Origin: Bradyrhizobium sp.
Lineage (GTDB): Bacteria; Pseudomonadota; Alphaproteobacteria; Rhizobiales; Xanthobacteraceae
Length of the DNA stretch: 64,000 nucleotides
Assembly (NCBI GenBank): GCA_035487555.1
Contig: DATHMA010000158.1
Span: 1,143-65,142, forward strand
Direction of reading: 5' to 3'
Shown here: in pieces, positions 19,393 through 29,293 of the stretch
How the letters are laid out: every line of letters starts with the position of its first letter
How positions within the stretch are numbered: the first letter of the stretch is position 1
Position numbers and translations under genes: made by a program
Notes under the pieces: model-generated
Seen by the model: only the letters and a program-made list of their open reading frames with translations
Database searches by the model: none
Told to the model about the DNA's origin: nothing

Positions 19393-20757
19393 ATGATGAG
19401 CCAGGACCAGAACGACCTGATCACCCGCATCGGCCCCAAGGAGCCCTGCGGCAAGCTGATGCGGATGTATTGGCAACCGGCCGCGCTGGTCGATGAGTTG
19501 CAGGGCCCGCGCGCGGTGCGGCCCGTCAAACTGCTCGGCGAAAACCTGGTGCTGTTTCGCGACGAGAGCGGCCGCTACGGCCTGATCGATCGCCATTGCG
19601 CGCATCGCGGCGCCGACCTCGCCTTCGGCCGGCTGGAGAATGGCGGGCTGCGCTGCGCCTTCCACGGCTGGCTGTTCGATGTCAGCGGCCAGTGCCTGGA
19701 TACGCCGGCTGAACCTGCGGGCTCGAAGCTGTGCCAGGGCATCAAGCAGCGCTCCTATCCCGTGGTCGAGAAGAGCGGCATCCTCTGGGCCTATCTCGGC
19801 GATGGCGAGCCTCCGGCGTTTCCCGAGATCGACTGCTTCGTCGCACCCGACAGCCATGTCTTCGCGTTCAAGGGCCACTGGGCCTGCAACTGGCTGCAAG
19901 CGCTGGAAGTCGGCGTCGATCCGTCACACGCCTCTTACCTGCATCGCTTCTTCGAGGACGAAGACACCTCGGCGTCGAACACCTATGGCCGCCAGTTCCG
20001 CGGCGCCTCGGCCTCCAGCGACATGCCGATGACCAAGATCATGCGCGAATGCGACCGGCCCATCATCAATGTCGAGCACACCGAATACGGCATGCGCCTG
20101 ATCACGCTGCGCGAGATCGATAGCGAGCGCACCCATGTACGTGTCACCAACCAGCTCTTCCCGCATGCCTTCGTCATCCCGATGAACCAGGAGATGACGA
20201 TCACGCAATTTCACGTGCCGATCGACGACGAGAACTGCTACTGGTATTCGATCTTCACCAGCTTCACGACGCCGGTCGACAAGAAGATGATGCGCGAGCA
20301 GCGGCTCGCGACTTACGAATTGCCCGACTACAAGTCGCGGCGCAACAAGACGAACGATTACGGTTTCGATCCGCACGAGCAGGAGACCGCGACCTATACC
20401 GGCATGGGCATGGACATCAACGTCCACGACCAGTGGGCGGTGGAGTCGATGGGTGCGATCCAGGATCGCACCAAGGAGCATCTCGGCCAGGCCGATAAGG
20501 CGATCGTGCAATATCGGCGGATGCTGCGCGAGCAGATCGAGAAGGTTGCAGCGGGCGAGAAGCCGATCATGTGTCTGGATGAGGCGCATGCCAGGAGCAT
20601 TCAGGGTCCGGGCACCATGGACGGCATCGGGCCGACGCAAGGCTGGGAAATGTACTGGATGGAAGTCGACGTGAAGCGCCGCCGCGGCGCGCCCTGGTCC
20701 GTGCCGGTGCCGAGCGAGATCGCGGACAAGGTGCGGCATCTGTCGGCGGCGGAGTGA
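19393..20757 (+). CDS. Rieske aromatic oxygenase alpha subunit (phthalate 4,5-dioxygenase-like)
   Basis: CAHRG...CAFHGW Rieske motif; DPSHASYLH mononuclear Fe motif. Confidence 0.9.
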   Translation: MMSQDQNDLITRIGPKEPCGKLMRMYWQPAALVDELQGPRAVRPVKLLGENLVLFRDESGRYGLIDRHCAHRGADLAFGRLENGGLRCAFHGWLFDVSGQCLDTPAEPAGSKLCQGIKQRSYPVVEKSGILWAYLGDGEPPAFPEIDCFVAPDSHVFAFKGHWACNWLQALEVGVDPSHASYLHRFFEDEDTSASNTYGRQFRGASASSDMPMTKIMRECDRPIINVEHTEYGMRLITLREIDSERTHVRVTNQLFPHAFVIPMNQEMTITQFHVPIDDENCYWYSIFTSFTTPVDKKMMREQRLATYELPDYKSRRNKTNDYGFDPHEQETATYTGMGMDINVHDQWAVESMGAIQDRTKEHLGQADKAIVQYRRMLREQIEKVAAGEKPIMCLDEAHARSIQGPGTMDGIGPTQGWEMYWMEVDVKRRRGAPWSVPVPSEIADKVRHLSAAE

Positions 20758-20768
20758 TAGGGGTCGTT

Positions 20769-20887
20769 TCGTCATTGCGAGCGAAGCGAAGCAATCCAGA
20801 TTGGGCCCACGGCGAAAGTCTGGATTGCTTCGTCGCTTCAGCGCAAAATTGCTTCGCAATTTTGTCGCGAGCTCCTCGCAATGACGA
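20769..20887. repeat. CGTC-type REP doublet (gtcattgcgag family) with internal hairpin
   Basis: tcgtcattgcgag...gcaatccaga / tctggattgc...ctcgcaatgacga. Confidence 0.85.
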
Positions 20888-20908
20888 GCGTTTAGAAGGG
20901 GTAACAGA

Positions 20909-22345
20909 GTGAGTTTCGTCGAGCGTCACGGGCTGTGGTCGGCCGAGCAAAAGGAAGCGGCGCAGCGGCTGCGCGCGATCGCCGAGGAGCGGAAGCTCGA
21001 AACCATCCGGATTGGCTTTGTCGATCAGCACGGCATCCTGCGCGGCAAGACCCTGATCGCATCCGAGGCGCTCGCTTCGCTGGAAAATGGCTGTAGCATC
21101 ACCACGACGATGCTGGCCAAGGACACTTCGCACAAAACGGTGTTTCCGGTGTTCACTGCCGGCGGCGGGTTCGGCATGAAGGAGATGGAGGGCGCCGCAG
21201 ATGCCCTGATGATCCCCGACCCCACCACCTTCCGCGTGCTGCCGTGGTCGCCGACATCGGGCTGGGTGCTGTGCGACCTCCATTTCGCCGACGGTCGTCC
21301 GGTGCCGTTCTCGACGCGGCAGCTCTATCGCTCGGTGCTGAACAAGCTCGGCGAGCGTGGCTATGATTTCGTCGCCGGCCTCGAGGTCGAATTTCATCTG
21401 TTCAAGCTCGAAGACGCGCATATGGCGCCGGAGGATGCGGGCCAGCCCGGACGTCCGCCCTCCGTCAGCCTGCTCTCGCACGGCTATCAGTATCTCGCCG
21501 AGCAGCGCTTCGACCAGATCGAGCCGGCGCTCGACATCATCCGCCGCGATGTCATGGCACTCGGCCTGCCGCTGCGCTCGGTCGAGGTCGAATTCGGCCC
21601 GAGCCAGTGCGAGTTCACCTTCGCACCGAGGAAAGGCATCGAGCCCGCCGACAACATGGTGCTGTTCCGCTCCGCGGTGAAGCAGATCGCGCGCCGCCAC
21701 GGCTATCACGCCACCTTCATGTGCCGGCCAAAGCTGCCGAACGTATTCGCCTCCGGCTGGCACCTGCACCAATCGCTGGTGTCGCGCGCCGACGGCAAGA
21801 ACGCGTTCATGGCGACCGACGGCAACGAAACCCTGAGCCCGCTTGCGCGCAACTACCTCGCCGGGCTGCTCGCGCATGCGCGCGCCTCGACCGTGTTCAC
21901 GACACCGACCATCAACGGCTACAAGCGCTATCGCTCCTATTCGCTGGCGCCGGACCGCGCGATCTGGGGCCGCGACAACCGCGGCGTCATGATCCGCGTG
22001 CTCGGCGGGACAAACGATCCGGCTACGCGGCTGGAGAACCGGATCGGCGAGCCCGCCGCCAATCCCTATCTCTACATGGCCTCGCAAATCCTCTCGGGCC
22101 TCGACGGCGTCGACCGCAAGCTCGATCCGCCGCTGTCGGCCGATACGCCCTACGAGACCAATGCCGATCCCCTGCCGAAATCGCTGCGGGAAGCCGTGTT
22201 CGCGCTCAATGACGATCCGTTCTTCCGCGGGGCGATCGGCAAGGAGTTCGTCGACTATTACGTCCATATCAAGAACGCCGAGATCGAGCGCTTCCAGGCC
22301 GAGGTGTCGGACTGGGAGCACCGCGAATATTTCGAGATGTTTTGA
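20909..22345 (+). CDS. Glutamine synthetase-like gamma-glutamyl ligase
   Basis: GLEVEF, EFGPSQCE, SGWHLHQS, WGRDNR, RLENRIGEPAANPYL; GTG start. Confidence 0.88.
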   Translation: MSFVERHGLWSAEQKEAAQRLRAIAEERKLETIRIGFVDQHGILRGKTLIASEALASLENGCSITTTMLAKDTSHKTVFPVFTAGGGFGMKEMEGAADALMIPDPTTFRVLPWSPTSGWVLCDLHFADGRPVPFSTRQLYRSVLNKLGERGYDFVAGLEVEFHLFKLEDAHMAPEDAGQPGRPPSVSLLSHGYQYLAEQRFDQIEPALDIIRRDVMALGLPLRSVEVEFGPSQCEFTFAPRKGIEPADNMVLFRSAVKQIARRHGYHATFMCRPKLPNVFASGWHLHQSLVSRADGKNAFMATDGNETLSPLARNYLAGLLAHARASTVFTTPTINGYKRYRSYSLAPDRAIWGRDNRGVMIRVLGGTNDPATRLENRIGEPAANPYLYMASQILSGLDGVDRKLDPPLSADTPYETNADPLPKSLREAVFALNDDPFFRGAIGKEFVDYYVHIKNAEIERFQAEVSDWEHREYFEMF

Positions 22346-22455
22346 TTACGTCCGTCGAGTTGAGGACGACAACGCGCCTTGAGGGCGCCTAAAATGATGT
22401 ATGCTTGGAATACTGAATTGATTGTTCCGCAGACGGGAACGTCAGGAGTTTTCCA

Positions 22456-22887
22456 ATGAAAAAGATTTTGCCTATTGCCCTCGCCGCGGCCCTTTCCGTG
22501 TGCCTACCGGCAAGCGTCCTTGCCCAGGCCCCCGCCGGCAGCAACGACACGTCCGCCGCACCTCCGCCACCGCCCCCACCTCCTCCGGCCCCACCTCCTC
22601 CAGCAGCATCGCCAGAGCCCGCCGCTTCGCCCGCTCCCGCGGCGCCCGCGGCTGCTGCAGCGCCGGAGCCGGCGCCTGCCGCATCCCCTGCGGCGGCAGA
22701 TGCCGGAGACAAGAAATCGGCCGACACGGGTGACAAGAAGACTGCGAGCACCAAGAAGAAGACGACCGGAAAGAAGATGACCCGGCAACAGGAGATCGAC
22801 CACTCGATCAACAGCGGCACGGTGCCCTCGCGCTATCGTAGCCAGGTGCCGAGGGAATATCAGCAATACATTCCGTTCGAGAAATAG
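22456..22887 (+). CDS. Secreted Pro/Ala-rich low-complexity protein
   Basis: Signal peptide, poly-Pro tract, ordered C-terminus TVPSRYRSQVPREYQQYIPF; AGGAG RBS. Confidence 0.75.
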   Translation: MKKILPIALAAALSVCLPASVLAQAPAGSNDTSAAPPPPPPPPPAPPPPAASPEPAASPAPAAPAAAAAPEPAPAASPAAADAGDKKSADTGDKKTASTKKKTTGKKMTRQQEIDHSINSGTVPSRYRSQVPREYQQYIPFEK

Positions 22888-22920
22888 CAGGCTTATCTAA
22901 CGCCGCGAGCCGCTCTATCT

Positions 22921-23020
22921 CCTCATCCTGAGGAGCCGCGCAAGCGGCGTCTCGAAGGATGAGGTCCGCATCGAGGCCTCATGGTTCGAGGCGGCGCTAT
23001 CGCGCCTCCTCACCATGAGG
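22921..23020. repeat. REP doublet (ctcatcctgagg family)
   Basis: cctcatcctgagg...tcgaaggatgagg / ctcatggttcgag...cctcaccatgagg. Confidence 0.8.
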
Positions 23021-23052
23021 GTTGGCAGGCGAGACTCGCCTTACCGAATGCC

Positions 23053-23769
23053 TCAAATCCCGAGATAGCGGTGCTGCAGGTCCGGCTCCGCCATCAATTG
23101 CTCCGACGTGCCGCTCCACACGGTGCGGCCGCGCTCGATGATGGTGTGGCGGTCGCAGATGCGGCTCAAATGCTCGACATTCTTGTCGATCACCAGGATC
23201 GATTGCCCGCGCGCTTTCAGCATCGACAGGCAATTCCAGATTTCCTCGCGGATCAGCGGCGCCAGCCCTTCGGTGGCTTCATCGAGGATCAGCAGCCTGG
23301 GATTGGTCATCAGCGCGCGGCCGATCGCAAGCATCTGCTGCTCGCCGCCGGAAAGCTGATTGCCCATGTTGGAGCCGCGCTCGGCGAGCCGCGGAAACAG
23401 CGCGTGGATTTTGTCCAGCGTCCAGGGATCTGAGGCGTTGAGACGATTGGCGGAGGCCGCGACGAGATTCTCGCGCACCGTAAGGTTCGGGAAAATCTGC
23501 CGTCCCTCCGGCACGAGGCCGATGCCAAGCTTGGCGATGCGATAGGACGGCAACTCCCGCACCTCCGCGCCGCCGAAGCGGATCGTGCCGGCGCGGGCGC
23601 GCGTCAATCCCATGATCGAACGGATGGTCGTGGTCTTGCCCATGCCGTTGCGGCCCATCAGCGAGACCATCTCGCCGGCCTTGATGGAAAGCGAGAGCCC
23701 GAACAGCACCTGGCTCAGGCCGTAACAGGTTTCGATGCCATCGATTTCGAGCAGTGCCGGCTCACCCAT
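23053..23769 (-). CDS. Branched-chain-type ABC ATPase (LivF-like)
   Basis: GRNGMGKTT, LSGGEQQM. Confidence 0.92.
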   Translation of the reverse strand: MGEPALLEIDGIETCYGLSQVLFGLSLSIKAGEMVSLMGRNGMGKTTTIRSIMGLTRARAGTIRFGGAEVRELPSYRIAKLGIGLVPEGRQIFPNLTVRENLVAASANRLNASDPWTLDKIHALFPRLAERGSNMGNQLSGGEQQMLAIGRALMTNPRLLILDEATEGLAPLIREEIWNCLSMLKARGQSILVIDKNVEHLSRICDRHTIIERGRTVWSGTSEQLMAEPDLQHRYLGI

Positions 23770-24529
23770 GATGCACCACCACATGCTGGTCGCCGAGATA
23801 GGCGCGCTTGACCTCTTCATTCTGGCGAATGTCTGACGGCGCACCTGAGGCGATGACGCGGCCATAGACCAGCACCGAGATGCGATCGGCGAGCGCGAAC
23901 ACCGCTTCCATGTCGTGCTCGACCAGCACGATGGTCACTTCCTTGCGCAACTCCTGCAGCAATCTCACCATGCGCGCGGACTCGGTGACGCCGAGACCCG
24001 CCATCGGCTCGTCGAGCAGCAGCAATTGCGGCTTGGTCGCCAGTGCAACCGCGAGTTCCAGCTCGCGCTGCTCGCCATGGCTCAGCTTCGAGACCAGCAC
24101 ATTGGCGCGGTCGGCAAGCCCGACGCGCTGCAATGCCGCCAGCGCCGCGTCGCGCAGGCCCCTCTCCTTCCGCGCATCGGCAAAGAAGCGGAAGGAGTGG
24201 CCGTCATGCGCCTGTGCTGCCAGCGCGACATTGTCGGCGGCGGTGAAATCAAGCAGCAGCGAGGTGATCTGGAACGAGCGCGCCAGCCCCAGCGCGCTGC
24301 GGCGATAGGCTGCGAGATGCGTGATGTCGCGCCCCGCCAGCGACACGCTCCCGGAATCCGGCGCGAGATGGCCTGTGAGCTGGCTGATCAGCGTGGTCTT
24401 GCCGGCGCCGTTCGGGCCGATGATGGCGTGCAGCTCGCCCTCCGCTACATCGAGCGAGACGTTGTCGGTCGCCAGGATACCGCCGAAGCGGCGCACGAGC
24501 TTTTCGACGCGGAGCAACGGATCAGCCAC
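23762..24529 (-). CDS. Branched-chain-type ABC ATPase (LivG-like)
   Basis: GPNGAGKTT, LLLLDEP, VEHDM. Confidence 0.92.
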   Translation of the reverse strand: MADPLLRVEKLVRRFGGILATDNVSLDVAEGELHAIIGPNGAGKTTLISQLTGHLAPDSGSVSLAGRDITHLAAYRRSALGLARSFQITSLLLDFTAADNVALAAQAHDGHSFRFFADARKERGLRDAALAALQRVGLADRANVLVSKLSHGEQRELELAVALATKPQLLLLDEPMAGLGVTESARMVRLLQELRKEVTIVLVEHDMEAVFALADRISVLVYGRVIASGAPSDIRQNEEVKRAYLGDQHVVVHHG

Positions 24530-25469
24530 GCGAGAACCTCCCGAGCATGCCCATGATGCCGCCACGCCCGAACAGCACGACCAGCAGGAGCAGCGGCCCC
24601 ATGATCAGCCCCGAATATTCCGTGAACTGCGAAAGCAGCTCTTCCAGCAGGAGATAAACCACCGCGCCGATCACGGGACCGAACAGCGAACCCATGCCGC
24701 CCAGGATCACCATCACCATGAGATCGCCGGAACGGGTCCAGTACATGATGGACGGGCTGATGAAGTCCGTATTGTTCGCAAGCAGCGCGCCGGCCAGTCC
24801 GCACATCATGCCGGCGATGATGAAGCACACGAGCTTGTAGCGCTTCGCCGGAAAGCCGATCGCCTGCATGCGCTGCTCGTTGGAGCGCAATCCCTGCACC
24901 ACGAGACCGAAGCGCGAATTGACGATGCGCCAGATCAGGAACAGCACGGCGAGCAGACAGGCGAGGCAGAGATAATAGAACTGCACGCGGTTGGAGAGAT
25001 TGATCAGCCCGGCGAAATCGCTGCGCTTGTAGATGGTCAGCCCGTCGTCGCCGCCATAGCGCGCCAGGCCCGAGGCGACGTAATAGGCCATCTGCGCAAA
25101 GGCGAGCGTGATCATGATGAAATAGACGCCGCGGGTGCGTAAGGAGAGCGCGCCGATGACCAGTGCAAACAACGCGGATGCCGCGAGGGCCACCGGAAAC
25201 TGCAGGAAGCCCGAGCCAAAGCCCTCCTGCGCCAGGATACCGACGGCGTAGCCGCCGATGCCAAGATAAGCGGCATGGCCAAAGCTCATCATGCCGCCAT
25301 AGCCCATGATGAGGTTGAGGCTCGCGGCGGCGAGCGCCAGGATCACGATGCGGGTGAACAGCGTCAGGATAAAGATATTGCCCGAAAGCTGCGAATAGAG
25401 TGGCAGCAAAAGAAGGCCGGCGACCAAAAGCACCGAGACCGCATTGCGGACGTTGAACAGCATCTTCAT
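24522..25469 (-). CDS. Branched-chain-type ABC permease (LivM-like)
   Basis: GYGGMMSFGHAAY, VILGGMGSLFGP. Confidence 0.92.
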   Translation of the reverse strand: MKMLFNVRNAVSVLLVAGLLLLPLYSQLSGNIFILTLFTRIVILALAAASLNLIMGYGGMMSFGHAAYLGIGGYAVGILAQEGFGSGFLQFPVALAASALFALVIGALSLRTRGVYFIMITLAFAQMAYYVASGLARYGGDDGLTIYKRSDFAGLINLSNRVQFYYLCLACLLAVLFLIWRIVNSRFGLVVQGLRSNEQRMQAIGFPAKRYKLVCFIIAGMMCGLAGALLANNTDFISPSIMYWTRSGDLMVMVILGGMGSLFGPVIGAVVYLLLEELLSQFTEYSGLIMGPLLLLVVLFGRGGIMGMLGRFSRG

Positions 25470-26383
25470 CGCTTGCTGGCCGGAAACAGCCCCTCCGGCC
25501 GCACGACCAGCACGATTGCCATCAACAGATAGATCAGCATCGAGGACAGCGCGGGCGCCGCAGTCGAGGCGGCGGCGCCGCTCAGGACCTGCCGCAGCAG
25601 GTTGGGCAGGAAGGCGCGGCCGAGCGTATCGATCAGGCCGACAAAGATCGCGGCAAGGAAGGCGCCGCGGATCGAGCCGATACCGCCGATGACGATGACG
25701 ACAAAGGCGAGGATCAGGATGTTCTCGCCCATGCCGATCTGCACGGTCAGGATCGGCGCCTGCATCAACCCGGCAAGGCCGGCGAGCGCGGCGCCGAGGC
25801 CGAACACCAGCGTGTAGAGCAGCTTGATGTTGATGCCGAGCGCGCCGATCATTTCCCGGTTCGACGCACCGGCGCGGATCAGCATGCCGACGCGGGTGCG
25901 CATCACGCCGACATAAAGCAGCAGCGCTACGGCAAGCGCGACCACGATGATCGCGAGCCGGTAGGCCGGATAATGGATGCCGGGAATAATCTGCACCGGC
26001 ACGGTGAGCCAGGGCGGCAGCGGCAACGCGAGCCCCGCCGGCCCCCATATCCATCGCACTGCTTCGTTGAAGAACAGGATCAAGCCAAAGGTCGCGAGCA
26101 CGTGGTCGAGGTGGTCGCGGCCATAGAGATGCCGGAGCACCACGAATTCCAGCGCGATGCCGAGCAACAGTGAAGCGGCGAGCGCAAGTACGATCCCCAG
26201 CACGAAACTGCCGGTCCAGGCGACGAAGGTCGCGGCGAAATAGGCGCCCATCATATAGAGCGAGCCGTGCGCGAGATTGACGAGGTCCATGATGCCGAAC
26301 ACCAGCGTCAGCCCCGCCGCCAGCAGGAACAACAGCAGCCCGAACTGCAATCCGTTCAAGATCTGTTCGATAACGAGCAGCAT
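25466..26383 (-). CDS. Branched-chain-type ABC permease (LivH-like)
   Basis: GLTLVFGIMDLVNLAHG, IGGIGSIRGA, RPEGLF. Confidence 0.92.
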   Translation of the reverse strand: MLLVIEQILNGLQFGLLLFLLAAGLTLVFGIMDLVNLAHGSLYMMGAYFAATFVAWTGSFVLGIVLALAASLLLGIALEFVVLRHLYGRDHLDHVLATFGLILFFNEAVRWIWGPAGLALPLPPWLTVPVQIIPGIHYPAYRLAIIVVALAVALLLYVGVMRTRVGMLIRAGASNREMIGALGINIKLLYTLVFGLGAALAGLAGLMQAPILTVQIGMGENILILAFVVIVIGGIGSIRGAFLAAIFVGLIDTLGRAFLPNLLRQVLSGAAASTAAPALSSMLIYLLMAIVLVVRPEGLFPASKR

Positions 26384-26405
26384 CGATCCCCGCGCCAGCA
26401 AGCAA

Positions 26406-26434
26406 AAGCGGCAGCGTTATTAGCGCTGCCGCTT
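26406..26434 (-). terminator. Intercistronic hairpin after the binding-protein gene
   Basis: aagcggcagcg-N7-cgctgccgctt with a short T-run on the minus strand. Confidence 0.6.
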
Positions 26435-26454
26435 CCAGTAAGCAAAATCCGTGC

Positions 26455-27642
26455 TCACTTCATCGGGCATTTGTCGTGGAAGCGGTCCTGATCGTCCTTG
26501 ACGATGGTGGCGACCGTCTTGAGCGAGAGCTCGCCGTCGGCGCCCTTGACCACGTCCTGCAGGTAGAAGTTCTGGATCGGGATGTGGTTGTTGCCGTATT
26601 TGAGCGAGCCGCGCAGCGACTTGAAATCGGCCTTCTCCATCGCGGCCTTCATGACATCCTTCTTCGAGGTGTCGCCGCCGGCCGCGACCACCGCGCTGTT
26701 GATCAACTGGGCGGCGTCATAGGCCTGCGCGCCGTAATAGGTCGGACGCAGCCCCGTGTATTTCTTGCGATAGTCCTCGACGAACTTCTTGTTCTGGTCG
26801 TTGGGCAGGTCATTGACCCATTCCTGTGCGCCGGGCACGCCGATCGCATTGTCCTTCTGCAGCGGCAGCGACAATTCGTCGACGGTGAAGGCGGTATAGA
26901 GCGGCATCTTCTCCTTGATGCCGGCCTGCGCATATTGATTGAGGAACTGCACGCCGGCCGCGCCCGGATAGAACACGAAGATCGATTCCGCGCCGGAATT
27001 GCGCGCCTTGGTCAACTCGGCCGAGAAGTCGAGCTGGGTCGGCCACACCGTATATTCCTCGCCCACGACCTGGCCCTTGAACGTGCTCTTCACGCCCGCC
27101 AGCATGTCCTTGCCGGCGGCATAGTTCGGGCCGATCAGGAACACCGACTTCACGCCCTTCTGGTTCATGTAGAGGCCCATCGCCGCGGGCGTCTGGTCGT
27201 TCTGCCAGGAGGTCGAGAACACATAAGGCGAGCACAGTTCGCCGGCGAGTTGCGAGGGGCCGGCATTGGCGGAGATCAGGAAAGTCTGCGAGTCGACGGC
27301 GGTCTTCAGCGACGCGAGCAGCACGTTGGACCAGATATAGCCGGCGATGAAATCGACCTTGTCGGACTGCACCAGCTTCTCGGTCTTCTGCTTGCCGACA
27401 TCCGGCTTCTGGCCGTCGTCCTCATAGATCACCTCGACCGGCTTGCCGCCCATCTTGCGGCCGAGATGGTCGAGCGCGAGCTCGAAGGAATTGCGCATGT
27501 CGTTGCCGATCACAGCGGTCGGGCCGCTGAAGGTCGAGACAAAGCCGATCTTGATGGTGTCGCCTGCGAAAGCAGAGCCTGAACAGGCAAGGCTCGAGGC
27601 CGAAAGCGCCATTGCGCCCGCGAGCCAATATGCGGTCTTCAT
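26455..27642 (-). CDS. ABC substrate-binding protein, aromatic-acid (benzoate-like) clade
   Basis: ISANAGPSQLAGELCSPY, SWQND motifs; neighbour of box genes. Confidence 0.85.
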   Translation of the reverse strand: MKTAYWLAGAMALSASSLACSGSAFAGDTIKIGFVSTFSGPTAVIGNDMRNSFELALDHLGRKMGGKPVEVIYEDDGQKPDVGKQKTEKLVQSDKVDFIAGYIWSNVLLASLKTAVDSQTFLISANAGPSQLAGELCSPYVFSTSWQNDQTPAAMGLYMNQKGVKSVFLIGPNYAAGKDMLAGVKSTFKGQVVGEEYTVWPTQLDFSAELTKARNSGAESIFVFYPGAAGVQFLNQYAQAGIKEKMPLYTAFTVDELSLPLQKDNAIGVPGAQEWVNDLPNDQNKKFVEDYRKKYTGLRPTYYGAQAYDAAQLINSAVVAAGGDTSKKDVMKAAMEKADFKSLRGSLKYGNNHIPIQNFYLQDVVKGADGELSLKTVATIVKDDQDRFHDKCPMK

Positions 27643-27878
27643 GTATTCCCCCTCCTCGTTACCTCAGATACGGCCTGCCGAACGATCGCCAGTTGTGAGC
27701 TGTTTTGTGCGCGAAATCGCCGACCGCCAGCAAGCGCCAAGCCGGTTTGAGCCATAGAACCTTCGGCTCAAAGCCGGCCGGATGCCCTGCTGAGCTGCAC
27801 CATAATTCGCAAACTTCGGGGAAGGCAAGAAATATAGTGCCGGTTCTGGGACTACGTTTGTCGCAGCCGAACCGTCGT

Positions 27879-28766
27879 TCAGGTCCGGTATTCGAGGCCG
27901 TCGAGCACGTAAGCGGCGTGGCGGAAATCGCGGATATTCGCGACCTTGCCAGCCTGCCAGTCGACCAGCATGAAATATTTCGGCCCCGCATCCGGCTCGT
28001 TCGGATCGAACACCAGGATCGCCGGGCGGCCTTCCACCAGGCCCGGCACCAGATGCCAATCCGCCACCTTGTCGTAATTGCCGAAATAGCGGGAGACTTC
28101 CGCCTTGCCGTTCAGCCGCGTCTTGTTGACGAGCTCGAGCCTGACGTCGTCGGCGATCATGGCGCGGATCGTGTCGAAGTCGCGGTCGTTGAACGAGGCG
28201 ACATAGGCGGACAGACGCGTACGATCGGCGTCTGATAGCAGCGGATGCGGCGTGTCATCGGCTTCCTCGGCGAGTTCGCGCAGCCGCGTGCGTCCGCGGT
28301 TGAGCGCCGCCTTCACCGCCGGCAGGCTGTAGGCCATGACATCGCAGACCTCCTGCAGCGAGCAGCCGAGCACGTCGGCCAGGATCACGCTGGCGCGCTG
28401 GGCCACGGGCAGGCGCATGAAGGTGCGAAGCGAGGTCGCGGCGATCTGGCGGTTCAGAATCTCGTCAGCCGGGTCGGCCATCATCTCCACCTCCTCCGCC
28501 GATCGGAGCGCTTCCTGCCGGCTGCGGCGGCGCAGGAAATCCAGCGCGGTGTTGTGGGTGATCCGGAACAGCCAGCCTTCCGGATTCTGGATCGCGCCGG
28601 CGGCGAGACGCGCCTCGACCGCCTTGATCAAGGCGTCCTGCAGCACGTCCTCGCCGTCGATCACCGAGCCCACCATGCGCGCGGCGTAGCGATGCAGCCT
28701 TGGCCGCATCGCTACCAGCAAGGGTGCGAGATCGTCGGTCTCCGCGAGATCGGGGAGCGGCGTCAT
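27879..28766 (-). CDS. ECF sigma factor with SnoaL-like C-terminal extension
   Basis: DGEDVLQD, WLFRITHN, AVKAALNRGR; C-terminal YVASFNDRD...DDVRL. Confidence 0.88.
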   Translation of the reverse strand: MTPLPDLAETDDLAPLLVAMRPRLHRYAARMVGSVIDGEDVLQDALIKAVEARLAAGAIQNPEGWLFRITHNTALDFLRRRSRQEALRSAEEVEMMADPADEILNRQIAATSLRTFMRLPVAQRASVILADVLGCSLQEVCDVMAYSLPAVKAALNRGRTRLRELAEEADDTPHPLLSDADRTRLSAYVASFNDRDFDTIRAMIADDVRLELVNKTRLNGKAEVSRYFGNYDKVADWHLVPGLVEGRPAILVFDPNEPDAGPKYFMLVDWQAGKVANIRDFRHAAYVLDGLEYRT

Positions 28767-28781
28767 GTCACCTCACAGCCC

Positions 28782-29126
28782 TCATGCAGCCTGTTCCTTC
28801 CGGGCAACCGGCGTTTCCCCATCCTGCTCGAGCATACGGTAATTGCCGACGATGGTTGCCTCGCGCACGAGCGGCGACTCGGCACAGCGCTCGCGGATGC
28901 CGCTTTGGAATGCCTGGAACGCCGCAAGTTTCGGAATGGGGCTGCTCCCGTCTTCGGAATCCGCCTCGACCATATGGATGAAGGTATCATCGTCAAGCCG
29001 TAGCGAAAGATAGCGGACGCCATCGGGCTTGGCAGCCTTTAGTTCGGAAAACACCGCCGCGATCAGCTCCGCATTGCGGTCGGCGGCCTCGGGCTTGGCT
29101 CTGTAGCGGATCAGGGTGCGCCTCAT
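28782..29126 (-). CDS. Small ABM/ferredoxin-like fold protein
   Basis: MRRTLIRYRAKPE; GGAG RBS; co-oriented with the ECF gene. Confidence 0.7.
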   Translation of the reverse strand: MRRTLIRYRAKPEAADRNAELIAAVFSELKAAKPDGVRYLSLRLDDDTFIHMVEADSEDGSSPIPKLAAFQAFQSGIRERCAESPLVREATIVGNYRMLEQDGETPVARKEQAA

Positions 29127-29162
29127 CGTCGTCTCCATGGGTTGGATTTGGGGTCTCGGCGC

Positions 29163-29192
29163 CAAGACGTTTCGGCCGAGCAAAAGGATTCG
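29163..29192 (-). promoter_or_regulatory. Putative ECF promoter for the small gene-ECF operon
   Basis: Minus strand CGAATCCTT-N14-CGTCTTG. Confidence 0.7.
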
Positions 29193-29215
29193 CCGGAAAT
29201 TAAAAATATTCGGGT

Positions 29216-29245
29216 CGAATCCTTCCCTCCCTCCGCCTCGTCTTG
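29216..29245 (+). promoter_or_regulatory. Putative ECF promoter for the MFS gene
   Basis: CGAATCCTT-N14-CGTCTTG, same blocks and spacing as the divergent copy. Confidence 0.7.
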
Positions 29246-29293
29246 CCGGGCAGGAGCGCGGTCACGCGCTATTTCCAGGCGGAGACAAGGATC

